Made by a program: the position numbers and the translations under genes. From the NCBI GenBank assembly GCA_900545865.1, contig URAN01000019.1, positions 1 through 46,821 on the forward strand: DNA of 46,821 nucleotides, given 5' to 3'. Shown here in pieces: positions 1 to 9,676 of this stretch (position 1 is the first letter of the stretch; the number at the start of each line of letters is the position of its first letter). Under the pieces are notes generated by a model that was not told the DNA's origin, did not search any database, and saw only the letters and a list, made by a program, of their open reading frames with translations. Origin of the DNA: an uncultured Eubacteriales bacterium. Lineage in GTDB: Bacteria > Bacillota > Clostridia > Monoglobales > Monoglobaceae.

Positions 1-118
1 AATTTTTTGAAAAAATTTTCAAAAAACTCTTGACTTTTAATAGTTAGTCACCTCCTTCCTCTGTGTGATTTAAAGTAAATATATATACAAGTCGCCTTAC
101 CGGCTCGTATATCAAGTA

Positions 119-1204
119 TCAATGTCCTCTGATAAGAGCAGCCAACAATTTTAAAAACTCCCCGTCAGATTCAGCTATGATTCCTCTATCCTTTGGAATC
201 TGCTCCTTTGCCGCCGCATAGTTTGTTGTCAGTACCGGCGTTTTCAGTATCAGTGCCTCACCGATTACAAGAGGATAACCCTCATACGCCGAGAAAAGCG
301 CAAACAAATCAGAATTATATATATAAGGGTATGGATTTGTTTTCTCGCCCTCAAAAATGACAATGTCCTCCACACCCATTTTTTTTGCAAGTCCAATATT
401 TCTTTTCATATCGGGGCCGTCCCCGACAATTCTCCATTTAAAGTTTGTAAGCCCTAAACGTTTAACCTGATAACAGATATTTATAATTCCGTCAATTCTT
501 TTTGATGCGTCGTCTATTCTTGCAACGGTAACAATATCAAATTTTGATTTTTCAAACGGCTCATATGCTTGTGCAAGCTCTTTAATTTCTTTTTCGTCAA
601 ACACATTATGCTGCGTTTTCGTCTTATCGGCATATTCCGGAAGAAATGCATTGAATTTTTCCCGCACTGCGTCCGACACGCATATAATTTTATCAAACGG
701 CTCATAGATTCTTCTGCAGTATTCTTTGTCAAAACCGCCGAAGACAGGGTCTGTATGGATAAAAGCATACTTTTCGCCGGCATTTACGAAATCGGATATG
801 TATAAATTCGTTCCCTTATTAAATACGCCTGCCGGTATGTCTGTAAAATAAGAAACGGCAATGTCATATTTTTTATTTCTCTTTTTAAAGCACAGCCGGT
901 AAAACCGCTTTGTTCCGATAGCTTTCGCAAATACGGTTATCAACATTCTAAGAAATATATCAAACACATTGCCGTTTTTTCTTATATCGCCAAAGGACTG
1001 TGCCGACAGCCCTAAAAGCCTTCCGCCATATTCTGTTTTGATATTCTTCGGCAGTTTTTCCGAAAGCATACCGCCGGTGAAAGCAAAGACGCTTATTTCG
1101 TATTCACCGCTTTCGGAAAGCTTTTTTAAATAGTTTACAAAAGCTTTCTGCACACCGCCGATATTCAGATTCTGTGCTGCAAATAAAATTTCTTTTTTAC
1201 TCAT
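119..1204 (-). CDS. Glycosyltransferase family 1 (GT4-like); last gene of the polysaccharide operon
   Basis: C-terminal EGYPLVIGEALILKTPVLTT motif typical of GT1. Start chosen at MSKKEIL (M29 of the track ORF) because GGAGAG sits 9 nt upstream and its ATG overlaps the upstream TAA as ATGAGTAA. The track ORF 119..1288 has an extra N-terminal extension. Confidence 0.75.
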   Translation of the reverse strand: MSKKEILFAAQNLNIGGVQKAFVNYLKKLSESGEYEISVFAFTGGMLSEKLPKNIKTEYGGRLLGLSAQSFGDIRKNGNVFDIFLRMLITVFAKAIGTKRFYRLCFKKRNKKYDIAVSYFTDIPAGVFNKGTNLYISDFVNAGEKYAFIHTDPVFGGFDKEYCRRIYEPFDKIICVSDAVREKFNAFLPEYADKTKTQHNVFDEKEIKELAQAYEPFEKSKFDIVTVARIDDASKRIDGIINICYQVKRLGLTNFKWRIVGDGPDMKRNIGLAKKMGVEDIVIFEGEKTNPYPYIYNSDLFALFSAYEGYPLVIGEALILKTPVLTTNYAAAKEQIPKDRGIIAESDGEFLKLLAALIRGH

Positions 1205-2192
1205 CCGTTCCATCTCTCCGTATAACATATTTATATAACAGGCGCGAAGTATTGTCGGGACCGAGCAAACATACCGCCGTACGGACAAGCCGTATTTTGT
1301 TTGTTTTGCTTTCTTTGAGAAGAAATCGCAGCGCCTTTATTCTGTCCTTATAATTTTTTCTCGTTTCAGACGGCAGGGCTCCGTAAAACGGAAGAACGAT
1401 TGCATACTGAAACGCAAGGAACGCTAAGATGTGTTTTTTACTTTCACTATGCATTGATTTGTTCAGCCACTTCTCTATAATTTTCAGCTGATCATCAAGA
1501 CTTTTTTCGTTGCCGTAGGAACGTCTTGTGTTTTCGGATATTCGGTAGTAATAAATTCCGTCCTCATAAACGTCTGCCGATTTCATGACGGATACAAGCT
1601 GCAGAGTCCAGTCTATATCCTCGCCGATAAGCCCCTCTCTAAATCGGATATTGTTTGATCTTAAAAACTCTGTTTGTATGATTTTTCCGCCCGAACTTGC
1701 CGGGAATTTTGAACACTCTGATATTGCCTTTAATACCTCATTCGCCGGTTTCCCATGAATTTTTTCACGTTTGAGCCCCTCCGCCATGGGTCTTTTTGTT
1801 CCATCCGGAAGAATTTTTATTATCGTATAAAAAATGATGTCTGCACTGTGGTCAGCCGCTCCTTCGTCAAGCTGTTTGATAAAATTTTCGCTTATATAAT
1901 CATCTGCATCCACAAATATACAGTATCTTCCTCTTGCTCTCCCACAGCCGAAGTTTCTTGCTGCGGCAGGGCCGGCGTTTTCTTTGTGATACACATGAAC
2001 GCACTTATATTCTTTTGCATATTTATCACAGATTTCTCCCGATGAATCGGTTGAGCCGTCGTCTATCAAAATCAGTTCGCATTGCTCGCCCTGCTGCACG
2101 ATACTTTTTATGCACTCTCCTATATATTTTTCCTTGTTGTATACCGGAACAATAAAGCTATATTCATACTCACAGTGCGGCACTCTTTTCAC
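1197..2192 (-). CDS. Glycosyltransferase family 2
   Basis: N-terminal FSFIVPVYNKEKYIGECIKSIVQQ...LILIDDGSTDSS, a classic GT2 (DxD-type) signature. Overlaps neighbouring genes (coupled). Confidence 0.85.
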   Translation of the reverse strand: MKRVPHCEYEYSFIVPVYNKEKYIGECIKSIVQQGEQCELILIDDGSTDSSGEICDKYAKEYKCVHVYHKENAGPAAARNFGCGRARGRYCIFVDADDYISENFIKQLDEGAADHSADIIFYTIIKILPDGTKRPMAEGLKREKIHGKPANEVLKAISECSKFPASSGGKIIQTEFLRSNNIRFREGLIGEDIDWTLQLVSVMKSADVYEDGIYYYRISENTRRSYGNEKSLDDQLKIIEKWLNKSMHSESKKHILAFLAFQYAIVLPFYGALPSETRKNYKDRIKALRFLLKESKTNKIRLVRTAVCLLGPDNTSRLLYKYVIRRDGTDE

Positions 2193-3330
2193 CTCGTCTT
2201 GAACTGTCCTTTTCGTCCGGAAAATATATCCGGAACAATTTCTCTTTTATAATTTTTATGTCATATTTTTTAATTTGCTCTTTATTGTAGTTTCCCATTT
2301 TTCGGCGCAGAGACGGATCATCTATAAGCTTTTTGATCCCCTCGGCAAAGCCATCGGAATCATTTGACGAATATAAAAATCCACCTTTATCCGGTGCAAT
2401 CAGATCCCTGTTTCCGCGCACATTTGACACCACAGCCGGAAGTCCCGCTGCCATTGCTTCCATAAGAGCAAGCGGCATACCCTCGCGCGTTGACGGAAAA
2501 CAGAATATATCGCTTGATTTTAAAAGGTCAAACACATCATTACGAAAACCGGGCAAATGAACCCTGTCTTTTATGCCATGTCTTTCGGCAAGCTCCGACA
2601 GCTCACTGCCAAAAGTTCCGCAGCCTGCGATAATATAATGCAGGTTTTTGTTTTCGATTTTTGCCATTGCCTCAATAATTGTTCGATGATTTTTCAGTTT
2701 GCGAAGCTCTCCGACCGATATAAGAACCGTGTCGCTTTCCTTTATACAAAATTCACGGCGCACTTTGCTTTTGTCGGGGCGGCTGTTTTCGATCCTTTCC
2801 AAATCCACACCGATTCCGTCTATGTGAACGATTTGTTTTGCTTTGAAATTTTTTGACGCCCTTTCATAGTCCTCACGATTAATCGTAACCAAAACATCGG
2901 TAATATGCGCCAGCAATCTTTCAACAGGGTAAAACATAAGCCAAGCCAATTTTGAACTGCCTCTAAAAAAGTGAAATCCGTGCGCAATGTAAACTACTTT
3001 GGTTCCCTTTTTCCTTGCGCCTCTTGCGGCAAGTCTGCCGATAACGCTGCCGACAGGGGTATTGCACTCTATAATATCAAAATTTCCGTTGTCAATTACC
3101 GATTTCAGCATTTTGTATGCTTTAATGTTACTCGCCGAAAACGGATTCCTTGCAAAAGGAATGTCTATATATAAATCACAGTCCGGAATATTCACCTTGC
3201 TGTCCTCATAATCGTTTTTTGCGGCAACAACCGTTTTGTAACCGCATTCTTTAAACATTTTTATGTACGGCAAATGAAAAGTGTTTATATGCGTTTTTAC
3301 CACCGTAGCTATGAATAGTATTTTCTTCAT
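2170..3330 (-). CDS. Glycosyltransferase family 1 (GT4)
   Basis: EGMPLALMEAMAAGLPAVVSNVRGNRDLI motif (GT1 E-x7-E region). 4-bp ATGA overlap with the upstream gene. Confidence 0.85.
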   Translation of the reverse strand: MKKILFIATVVKTHINTFHLPYIKMFKECGYKTVVAAKNDYEDSKVNIPDCDLYIDIPFARNPFSASNIKAYKMLKSVIDNGNFDIIECNTPVGSVIGRLAARGARKKGTKVVYIAHGFHFFRGSSKLAWLMFYPVERLLAHITDVLVTINREDYERASKNFKAKQIVHIDGIGVDLERIENSRPDKSKVRREFCIKESDTVLISVGELRKLKNHRTIIEAMAKIENKNLHYIIAGCGTFGSELSELAERHGIKDRVHLPGFRNDVFDLLKSSDIFCFPSTREGMPLALMEAMAAGLPAVVSNVRGNRDLIAPDKGGFLYSSNDSDGFAEGIKKLIDDPSLRRKMGNYNKEQIKKYDIKIIKEKLFRIYFPDEKDSSRRGEKSAAL

Positions 3331-4040
3331 TTGCCTCTGCCTCGCTTTGATTTATTTTGCCCGTCGCCCCTCATTACAACAGCAGCTGTTGCCAGCAATA
3401 TTTTTGCATCCAGTAAAAGTGAACGCTTTTTTATATACTCTATATCATACTTGATTTTCTCCTCCGGCCTTAAAAACAGCCCCGTTATCTGCGCAAGACC
3501 CGTAATACCCGGCTTTACCATAATTCTTTGCGAAAAACCGGGAATATAGGTTTCAAAGCATTTATAGAAAACCTCTCTTTCGGGGCGCGGTCCCACAAGT
3601 GACAAATCACCCGTAAGGCAGTTAAATAGCTGCGGTATTTCATCAAACTTTATTCTTCTTAAAACCCTGCCGACCGCTGTCAGTCTCTCATCATCTTCGC
3701 CGAGCGACCAACGGATTCCGTCCTCCTCGGCGTTTTCATACATTGTTCTGAATTTGTATATGTAAAACCTCTTGCCGCCGAGTCCGAGCCGTTCCTGCCT
3801 ATATATCGGTTTTCCTTTTGAAGTCACCGCCACGCATATGTAGGCAATTAGCATAGGAATCAGAAGAATAATAATGCCGACAAAAGATGCGATAATATCA
3901 ACTGTTCGCTTTATAAAACCGTATACCGGCTTTGGCGGCAAGTATGTTATTTTTTCAACCTCATATATTTCATCCGTTCTCTCGAACGGCAATATAACCT
4001 TTTCTGCGCCGCTTTCCGTTACGGTTTCCATCGTAATCAT
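3327..4040 (-). CDS. Undecaprenyl-phosphate sugar-1-phosphate transferase (bacterial sugar transferase, WbaP/PglC-like small form); priming enzyme
   Basis: N-terminal TM helix followed by KFRTM...DEIPQLFNCLTGDLSLVGPRPE, the conserved bacterial sugar transferase C-terminal domain. Confidence 0.85.
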   Translation of the reverse strand: MITMETVTESGAEKVILPFERTDEIYEVEKITYLPPKPVYGFIKRTVDIIASFVGIIILLIPMLIAYICVAVTSKGKPIYRQERLGLGGKRFYIYKFRTMYENAEEDGIRWSLGEDDERLTAVGRVLRRIKFDEIPQLFNCLTGDLSLVGPRPEREVFYKCFETYIPGFSQRIMVKPGITGLAQITGLFLRPEEKIKYDIEYIKKRSLLLDAKILLATAAVVMRGDGQNKSKRGRGK

Positions 4041-5050
4041 CTCTTTTCCTTTTCGATTTGTTTTTTTAATACTTCAAAGCCTTTTACAACATCCTTGTAA
4101 TAACTCTTGTCAATCATAAAATTAAGCGGCTCAGATATCAGAAAATTCTGAATTGCTCTTATATCGACAGAACGAATATCGCACCCGGCTATGGGATAAG
4201 ATACGTCAGATAACAAATTTCTCATTTTTTGCCTGTATATAATCGGGTAAAAATCTATGTTCATTTTCAGGCTTAGCACAGCCGAGTGAAATCTTGCACC
4301 GATTATCTTACGGCACACAGAATATGACCTTTGTATTTCTCCGCCGGCGCTGTGGCTCACGATTTCCGCCATATTCTTATGCTTCATAAGCGACTTTACC
4401 TTTTTGCACAGAGAAGTATCGTCCTCTGTGCCTGTATCAAACGCAAGAAGTATCACGCCCTTTCCTGTCGTTTCAATCCAATAATCGGCGATCTGTGCCA
4501 TTTTTAAATAGTAACTGCCGTTATTGCCGTCATAACGAATAAGCGATATACCGAGTTTATCGCCGTTCGATTTTTTTGGGAGCCAACCCTTTGGCATTCC
4601 GAACAGAATATCCGGCATATAGGAAATCATCGTATTCGGACACCTTTTTTGAAGCCATAAAAAGCTATTCTTGTCGCGGCATACAATATACTTGAATTTT
4701 TTCAGCTTATGTATGACAAGCCGTTCGGCAAGCCTGCTTTTAATCGGCTCGATATTGCATCCGATACAGTAATCGGCAATATGCTTTCGTCTTAAAAACC
4801 AGATAAGTTCGCATTTCAGCGCCGCACGGCTGTTTACCATAAATCCGGAACCAATTACCAAAAGCTTCGGGAGTTTTTTCTTCTGCCCGCTATTTTTTAA
4901 ACTGACATTTTTTTCGTCAAGCAGCAAAGTCGAAGGAGAATTGCGCGCGTCTACGTAAAAATTATATTCCGGCATATAATGCGCTGTTATTTTCTGCATA
5001 TAATCGTCGCCGAAATTTTGATCAAAATATCCGCACAATTCCAATTCCAT
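4037..5050 (-). CDS. Polysaccharide pyruvyl transferase family protein (CsaB/WcaK-like)
   Basis: N-terminal CGYFDQNFGDD motif and a later ARFHSAVLSLKMNI motif resemble PS_pyruv_trans. Assignment is by motif memory only. Confidence 0.5.
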   Translation of the reverse strand: MELELCGYFDQNFGDDYMQKITAHYMPEYNFYVDARNSPSTLLLDEKNVSLKNSGQKKKLPKLLVIGSGFMVNSRAALKCELIWFLRRKHIADYCIGCNIEPIKSRLAERLVIHKLKKFKYIVCRDKNSFLWLQKRCPNTMISYMPDILFGMPKGWLPKKSNGDKLGISLIRYDGNNGSYYLKMAQIADYWIETTGKGVILLAFDTGTEDDTSLCKKVKSLMKHKNMAEIVSHSAGGEIQRSYSVCRKIIGARFHSAVLSLKMNIDFYPIIYRQKMRNLLSDVSYPIAGCDIRSVDIRAIQNFLISEPLNFMIDKSYYKDVVKGFEVLKKQIEKEKR

Positions 5051-5051
5051 A

Positions 5052-6425
5052 TTATTCTCCCGCCGTTTCCGTTTCGTTTTTCTTAATATAAACCAACACT
5101 CCGCATATCAGAAAGCCGAACATTAAGGCGAGCGCAAGACCCACTGCATAGTAAAATACCGTACTTGCGGTTTTATGCGCCACAACTCCCGAAATGCAGG
5201 CTATGCTCTGTGCGGATTTGTATGAATTATAATCGTCTATTGTATCTTTCGTAAGCGAATAGAGTTCGTTAAACTTTTCGCATGTGTTTTCAAGACTCGT
5301 TTCAAGTGCATTTTGAATTTCCTTATTTGAAAATCCGTCCGGGAAGCTGTTCGCATCACTCTCATAGCGTTGTCTGTCAATCTCCGTATTCAAAGCGGAC
5401 GTGCGATATTTGACATAGTCTAACACAAGCTGATCATATACTGACTTGTTCTGAACGTAGTTTTCATCACGCTCGGTGTTTTCTCGTACCTGCGAGCTTT
5501 CGCTGTCGTCATCGTCCTTGTTCCGACCGTCTCTGTCCCAAAGATACTGCTTGTTCTTGTCGGAATAAATCGTCATAAGTCCTTTTTGCGTTTCCGCTTT
5601 CTTATTGTTAAGGTCAATATCATATACTGCATCCGTTATTTTATTATGAAGTGCATTTCTCAGATACCAAGCGTTTTTTGTAATACCGCTCTCAATAACC
5701 ATACGTTCCGCAACTGACAAATCCCGTTCGGCAAGCGATTTATACTCCGCTATCAAGTCCAAAAGCGAATAGCCTGTCTGCGGCGAACGATAATTCTTTT
5801 CCGCCTCGTAAACTCTCGCCAAATACTCAATATTAGAGTTTATTTTCTTTCGCAGAATATCCACCGTATCATAGTAATCATGCTGCATTGCCACATCTCC
5901 CGACAGGTTTGTTATATCATAGCTGTAAGTATATCTTTCAACATAATACAGTCGGTACTGACTGAAAACAGCGCTGAGCATACGTTTGGCATAGTCATTG
6001 CCCTTTGATGTAGTATATTTTACCGAGTAGTACACCGTATTCTTCTTTTCATCCTCATTTTTTTCGTAGTCGGAAAACTTGTCGATCCACGATGCATATT
6101 TTTCCTGCTCGGCTGTGGGGATAATGGGAGTCACGGTGATATTGCGGCTGATTTCATCAATATTCATCGTCTTAAGCCCAAGCTCTGTTAATGCGTTTTT
6201 AATCACAATTGAGCTTTTGATTTCATAAGGATTTATTTTTTCGCCGTTTTCGGCAAGTCCGTCCTCAGCCTTTGCACCGATATATTTTATCAATATCTCC
6301 GATGTATAGCTTTCGTCAAGCTTCAGCTTAATGGAGCAAAGAACAACGCTTACGGCAAGCAGTATCACAAATACTTTTTTATGCTCATACAGTCCGTTTA
6401 AGAAATCACGCAGCAGCATTATCAC
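5052..6425 (-). CDS. Bitopic membrane protein, polysaccharide co-polymerase (Wzz/chain-length determinant)-like
   Basis: TM helix at both the N and C terminus, with a large hydrophilic coiled-coil-rich central domain. Sits within a polysaccharide locus. Confidence 0.45.
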   Translation of the reverse strand: MIMLLRDFLNGLYEHKKVFVILLAVSVVLCSIKLKLDESYTSEILIKYIGAKAEDGLAENGEKINPYEIKSSIVIKNALTELGLKTMNIDEISRNITVTPIIPTAEQEKYASWIDKFSDYEKNEDEKKNTVYYSVKYTTSKGNDYAKRMLSAVFSQYRLYYVERYTYSYDITNLSGDVAMQHDYYDTVDILRKKINSNIEYLARVYEAEKNYRSPQTGYSLLDLIAEYKSLAERDLSVAERMVIESGITKNAWYLRNALHNKITDAVYDIDLNNKKAETQKGLMTIYSDKNKQYLWDRDGRNKDDDDSESSQVRENTERDENYVQNKSVYDQLVLDYVKYRTSALNTEIDRQRYESDANSFPDGFSNKEIQNALETSLENTCEKFNELYSLTKDTIDDYNSYKSAQSIACISGVVAHKTASTVFYYAVGLALALMFGFLICGVLVYIKKNETETAGE

Positions 6426-7860
6426 TTTCCTCCTTCATGATCTTTTTTCTTTTCAATACGGAATATATAAGCCGCCATAAATAAAGCACAGCAGCCCATA
6501 TAACCGTTATTTTGGCAATCGTCACAACAGAGGAAACAACTCCCTGTCCGTGACCTATGCCGCTTATATACAATGTTTCATAAGATACGGTATTTATGTA
6601 CTCATCGTTTACGGCAGCGGCTCTTTTTAAGAATTCATCTATTTTCACCGTAATATCGTCGCATTGCTTATCAGCAGCCTTTTTAACCCAATCCGCACTT
6701 TCTTCAAATGCGGAAAATTGCTTTATCAGATAGTCGTAATAATGTGCCTCGTTTTCCGACTCGTCCCCGGCAAGGTTCGCCTTACTTGCGTTTTCCGTCA
6801 GATAGTCTATTCCGATTTTTGTTCTGTTCATATAAAATATATTTTCCGAGTCCAGCGCCGGGATAAATACAACCTTTGTAACAAGCGGATCATACACCGA
6901 TATGCCGTCCAGCATAATGTTATATTCACCTCGGTTTCTCTGCGTCTGCTCGTAATTTTCTTTCGATACATAACTGAACTGCTTTAAAAGCTTGTCTTTG
7001 TCGTTGGTAATACCGTTTTGGATAACAAATGCCTTGTATGTTTCGACATCGTTGTCAGCTATTCCCGTCAGTTCGGTACTCAGGTCACCAAAACTCACGC
7101 CATCCTTTGAAACAAACTTAACGTCCTCATCGTAACGGATTGACAAATACCTGTTTATGCGATTTATAATGTTTTTCAGCTCGCTTGCGCGGTTGAAATA
7201 ATCAAGCAATTTTATTTTTGCCAGATCTGCCTCAAACACAGAACTCGTGAAAACATATTTGCTCTCATAATACTCCTTATAGCTGTCAGCAACAGCGGTT
7301 AGTATTTTTGCTTTTGACGGCAATACAAACTGTTTCAAAACCGCTCTGACAGACGCAGGTATGCCGTTCGCCTTAATCGAATCCGAGATAACCGAATACG
7401 AGATCGTGTATTTTGACGGAAAGTATGAATATGTGTCATTTCCATCGAGAACATTCTGCCTTATTGCGTTAAAGCTGCCGTCCGTGGTGATACCGGTAAC
7501 GGAAATATGCTCCTTCAGCGTTTCGGGGTTTAACTTGTTATTCAGCTTATCACAGGCGCTTGTTAAGACCTCATCGCTTAACACCTCATAAATATCAAAC
7601 GGTGATCCGTCCGGGTTACAGCCCTTTGTTATTTCCGAAAACGAAATTGAAACAGTTGTGTATGCCGTATTCAGATTTCCGGCAATAACGCAGATTGCCG
7701 CAAGTGCCGCAATTATGATTACGCATATCAGCGAATAGCCGAACTTCGCTTTCGGTATTTTCACTTTATCGTTCTCCTCGAACAATATATCCGCAGAAAT
7801 TTCCGTTTCATCGTTTGATGTTTTTGGCTCCGGATAAAGTGTTTTATTGCTGAATATCAT
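6406..7860 (-). CDS. Bitopic membrane protein (second PCP-like or locus-specific envelope protein)
   Basis: N-terminal TM (YSLICVIIIAALAAICVIAG) and C-terminal TM. Start moved to MIFSNKT because AAAGGAGG sits 7 nt upstream. The track ORF extends to 7908. Confidence 0.45.
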   Translation of the reverse strand: MIFSNKTLYPEPKTSNDETEISADILFEENDKVKIPKAKFGYSLICVIIIAALAAICVIAGNLNTAYTTVSISFSEITKGCNPDGSPFDIYEVLSDEVLTSACDKLNNKLNPETLKEHISVTGITTDGSFNAIRQNVLDGNDTYSYFPSKYTISYSVISDSIKANGIPASVRAVLKQFVLPSKAKILTAVADSYKEYYESKYVFTSSVFEADLAKIKLLDYFNRASELKNIINRINRYLSIRYDEDVKFVSKDGVSFGDLSTELTGIADNDVETYKAFVIQNGITNDKDKLLKQFSYVSKENYEQTQRNRGEYNIMLDGISVYDPLVTKVVFIPALDSENIFYMNRTKIGIDYLTENASKANLAGDESENEAHYYDYLIKQFSAFEESADWVKKAADKQCDDITVKIDEFLKRAAAVNDEYINTVSYETLYISGIGHGQGVVSSVVTIAKITVIWAAVLYLWRLIYSVLKRKKIMKEESDNAAA

Positions 7861-9037
7861 ATGAAACCTCCTTTTGTTTTTCGGGTTTATCAAAGGAAAG
7901 CGCCGCATATATCAGCAAATTCCAGAAAGCCTTAATACTCGGATTTATTGTGAGCGTCATAGAAAGCGCCAATATGCCGAGCATCGCCGCCGAGATATAT
8001 CCCCGTTTTTTTATGTTTCTCAATACAGCCGCAGAGGACATCAGAATAAACATTACAAATCCCGGTATGCCTTGGTTATAGAGCGACTGTATAAATTGGT
8101 TGTGTGCCACCACGTGCATCAGTTTTCCGTCTATCATCATTTCGTGATAGGCAAATATTCCTCTGCCGTACATCAGTTCCCACGACGAGTGTTTTATCGT
8201 ATTGAGCATTGAAAGCCATATATCCCCTCGTCCGGTTCCGTGGGATTCGATAATCTTTTGTATACTGAAACGCGATGAAACATCTTCGGGCAGAATCGGA
8301 ATAACAACCGTCCACAGAATAACCGCCATGCCGATTGCCGTGCAAATTCCGATAATGCGCTGTTTTGTCCCCTTTGCGTTTATGAACACATACGACATTA
8401 TCATAACCGCAAGCCCAAGCAACCCGCCGCGCGAACCGGAGGTGAAAACCATATATGCTCCGAGAGCAAGTAAAACCGCACATATAATAGTATAGATTTT
8501 GTTGTCTCTCAGCTTTTTTAAAGCGACTGCCATAGGCAAAAGAAAAAATCCGGCAAAGTAGTTCGGATCGCTTGTGGTTCCGAATATTATCATCGTGTTT
8601 CTGTCACCGTACCAATCCGCACCGATAAATCCGAGCGTAATCAGTACACCGAGCAGTGTAAGCTGTGTAATCTCAAACGCTTTAATTTCATTTTCAGTAT
8701 ATTTGCGCATGGTTATAAGAAACATCAGACCTATCGTTTCAAAATATCCGCGCACATATTGCAGCGCCACCGGGCTTCTGTCCGCAAACAACGTCATAAC
8801 AACCGTTATCAGATACGCAAACGACAACAAATGAACGATGTTCAGCTCAAGTTTTTCACGATAGAAAAACCAGCTTACCGCAAAATATCCGGCAATAGGT
8901 ATAGTCAGCAGTTTCAAAAAGGAATTTCCCGCAGCGTTAATTGTAATGGTAAGCGGCAATGCAAGAAAATACGCACAAACAAGAATGCATGAAAGCCCGA
9001 TATCCGCTTTTTTCAGACTGTTTATCAATCTCCTCAC
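7844..9037 (-). CDS. O-antigen polymerase/ligase family membrane protein (Wzy-like)
   Basis: About 10 predicted TM segments and a GSRGGLLGL motif typical of Wzy_C. Probable GTG start preceded by GAAGGAAA. Confidence 0.65.
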   Translation of the reverse strand: MRRLINSLKKADIGLSCILVCAYFLALPLTITINAAGNSFLKLLTIPIAGYFAVSWFFYREKLELNIVHLLSFAYLITVVMTLFADRSPVALQYVRGYFETIGLMFLITMRKYTENEIKAFEITQLTLLGVLITLGFIGADWYGDRNTMIIFGTTSDPNYFAGFFLLPMAVALKKLRDNKIYTIICAVLLALGAYMVFTSGSRGGLLGLAVMIMSYVFINAKGTKQRIIGICTAIGMAVILWTVVIPILPEDVSSRFSIQKIIESHGTGRGDIWLSMLNTIKHSSWELMYGRGIFAYHEMMIDGKLMHVVAHNQFIQSLYNQGIPGFVMFILMSSAAVLRNIKKRGYISAAMLGILALSMTLTINPSIKAFWNLLIYAALSFDKPEKQKEVSYDIQQ

Positions 9038-9082
9038 AGCTCCGTTTCCTTCTGAATTTTATATCATACGTAAAAAGCGCCG

Positions 9083-9316
9083 CTACATCTGCCTTTTTTG
9101 CAGCAAAAAAGCAATAGCTTCGTCTTTTGACGTAAGCAACGGCTTTTCTCCGTGGAAGTATTCTATTGCATCCAAAAGAACGGAAAGAGAATATTCTTCA
9201 AGCCTTATGAAGGTCAAGGCGTGCATGGCCCTGTCTCTGTCTCTGCCGAAACGCAAATCGGAAATATTCATACAACCGACCCTGTCTTTTAATATCTCAA
9301 ATAAATCTTTTTCCAT
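9083..9316 (-). CDS. Small hypothetical protein (77 aa); first gene downstream of the invertible switch
   Basis: ORF with AAGGA 9 nt upstream of its ATG. Lies 45 bp upstream of the wzy-like gene. No recognisable domain. Confidence 0.4.
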   Translation of the reverse strand: MEKDLFEILKDRVGCMNISDLRFGRDRDRAMHALTFIRLEEYSLSVLLDAIEYFHGEKPLLTSKDEAIAFLLQKRQM

Positions 9317-9375
9317 AGTCAGCCATCCTTGATTACAAAGTATTACTCTGCCGATAACTTATTTTCAGTGTGTTT

Positions 9376-9399
9376 ACAACATAATTGCGATTATGTTGT
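9376..9399. repeat. Left inverted recombination site of invertible segment: ACAACATAA-TTGCGA-TTATGTTGT
   Basis: 9-bp perfect inverted arms around a 6-bp asymmetric core. The exact reverse complement occurs at 9649..9672. Confidence 0.8.
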
Positions 9400-9585
9400 A
9401 AATGGGTATTTGCCTTATGCAAACCATTGAAAAACATAAAGTTTTCTTGAATGTTTTTTGCATAAAAGCGCTTGTTAAACAGACCAATGATATTGCAAAT
9501 ATAACATTGGTCTGATTTTCCGTATTCTTTTTTTATTGCATAGTGATGAAATTTTGAAGATAAACAGAAAAGAAATCGCAAACTA

Positions 9586-9614
9586 TTGACAAATTCGACT
9601 TTTTCTGATAAAAT
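9586..9614 (+). promoter_or_regulatory. Sigma-70-like promoter inside the invertible segment (TTGACA-17-TAAAAT with extended -10 TGA)
   Basis: TTGACA at 9586-9591, a 17-nt spacer, then TGATAAAAT. Currently points at the + strand, away from the polysaccharide operon. Confidence 0.55.
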
Positions 9615-9648
9615 ATATGTAGATAAGTATATCTTTTTTTCAACAGGC

Positions 9649-9672
9649 ACAACATAATCGCAATTATGTTGT
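9649..9672. repeat. Right inverted recombination site: ACAACATAA-TCGCAA-TTATGTTGT
   Basis: Exact reverse complement of 9376..9399 including the asymmetric core, so the two cores are in inverted orientation. Confidence 0.8.
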
Positions 9673-9676
9673 GTTT

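Noticed and set aside
1-60. A/T-only palindrome TTTTTTGAAAAAATTTTCAAAAAA at the left edge as a regulatory site
   Set aside because: Most simply a weak intrinsic terminator for the EPS operon. It is at the window edge, so the context is incomplete.
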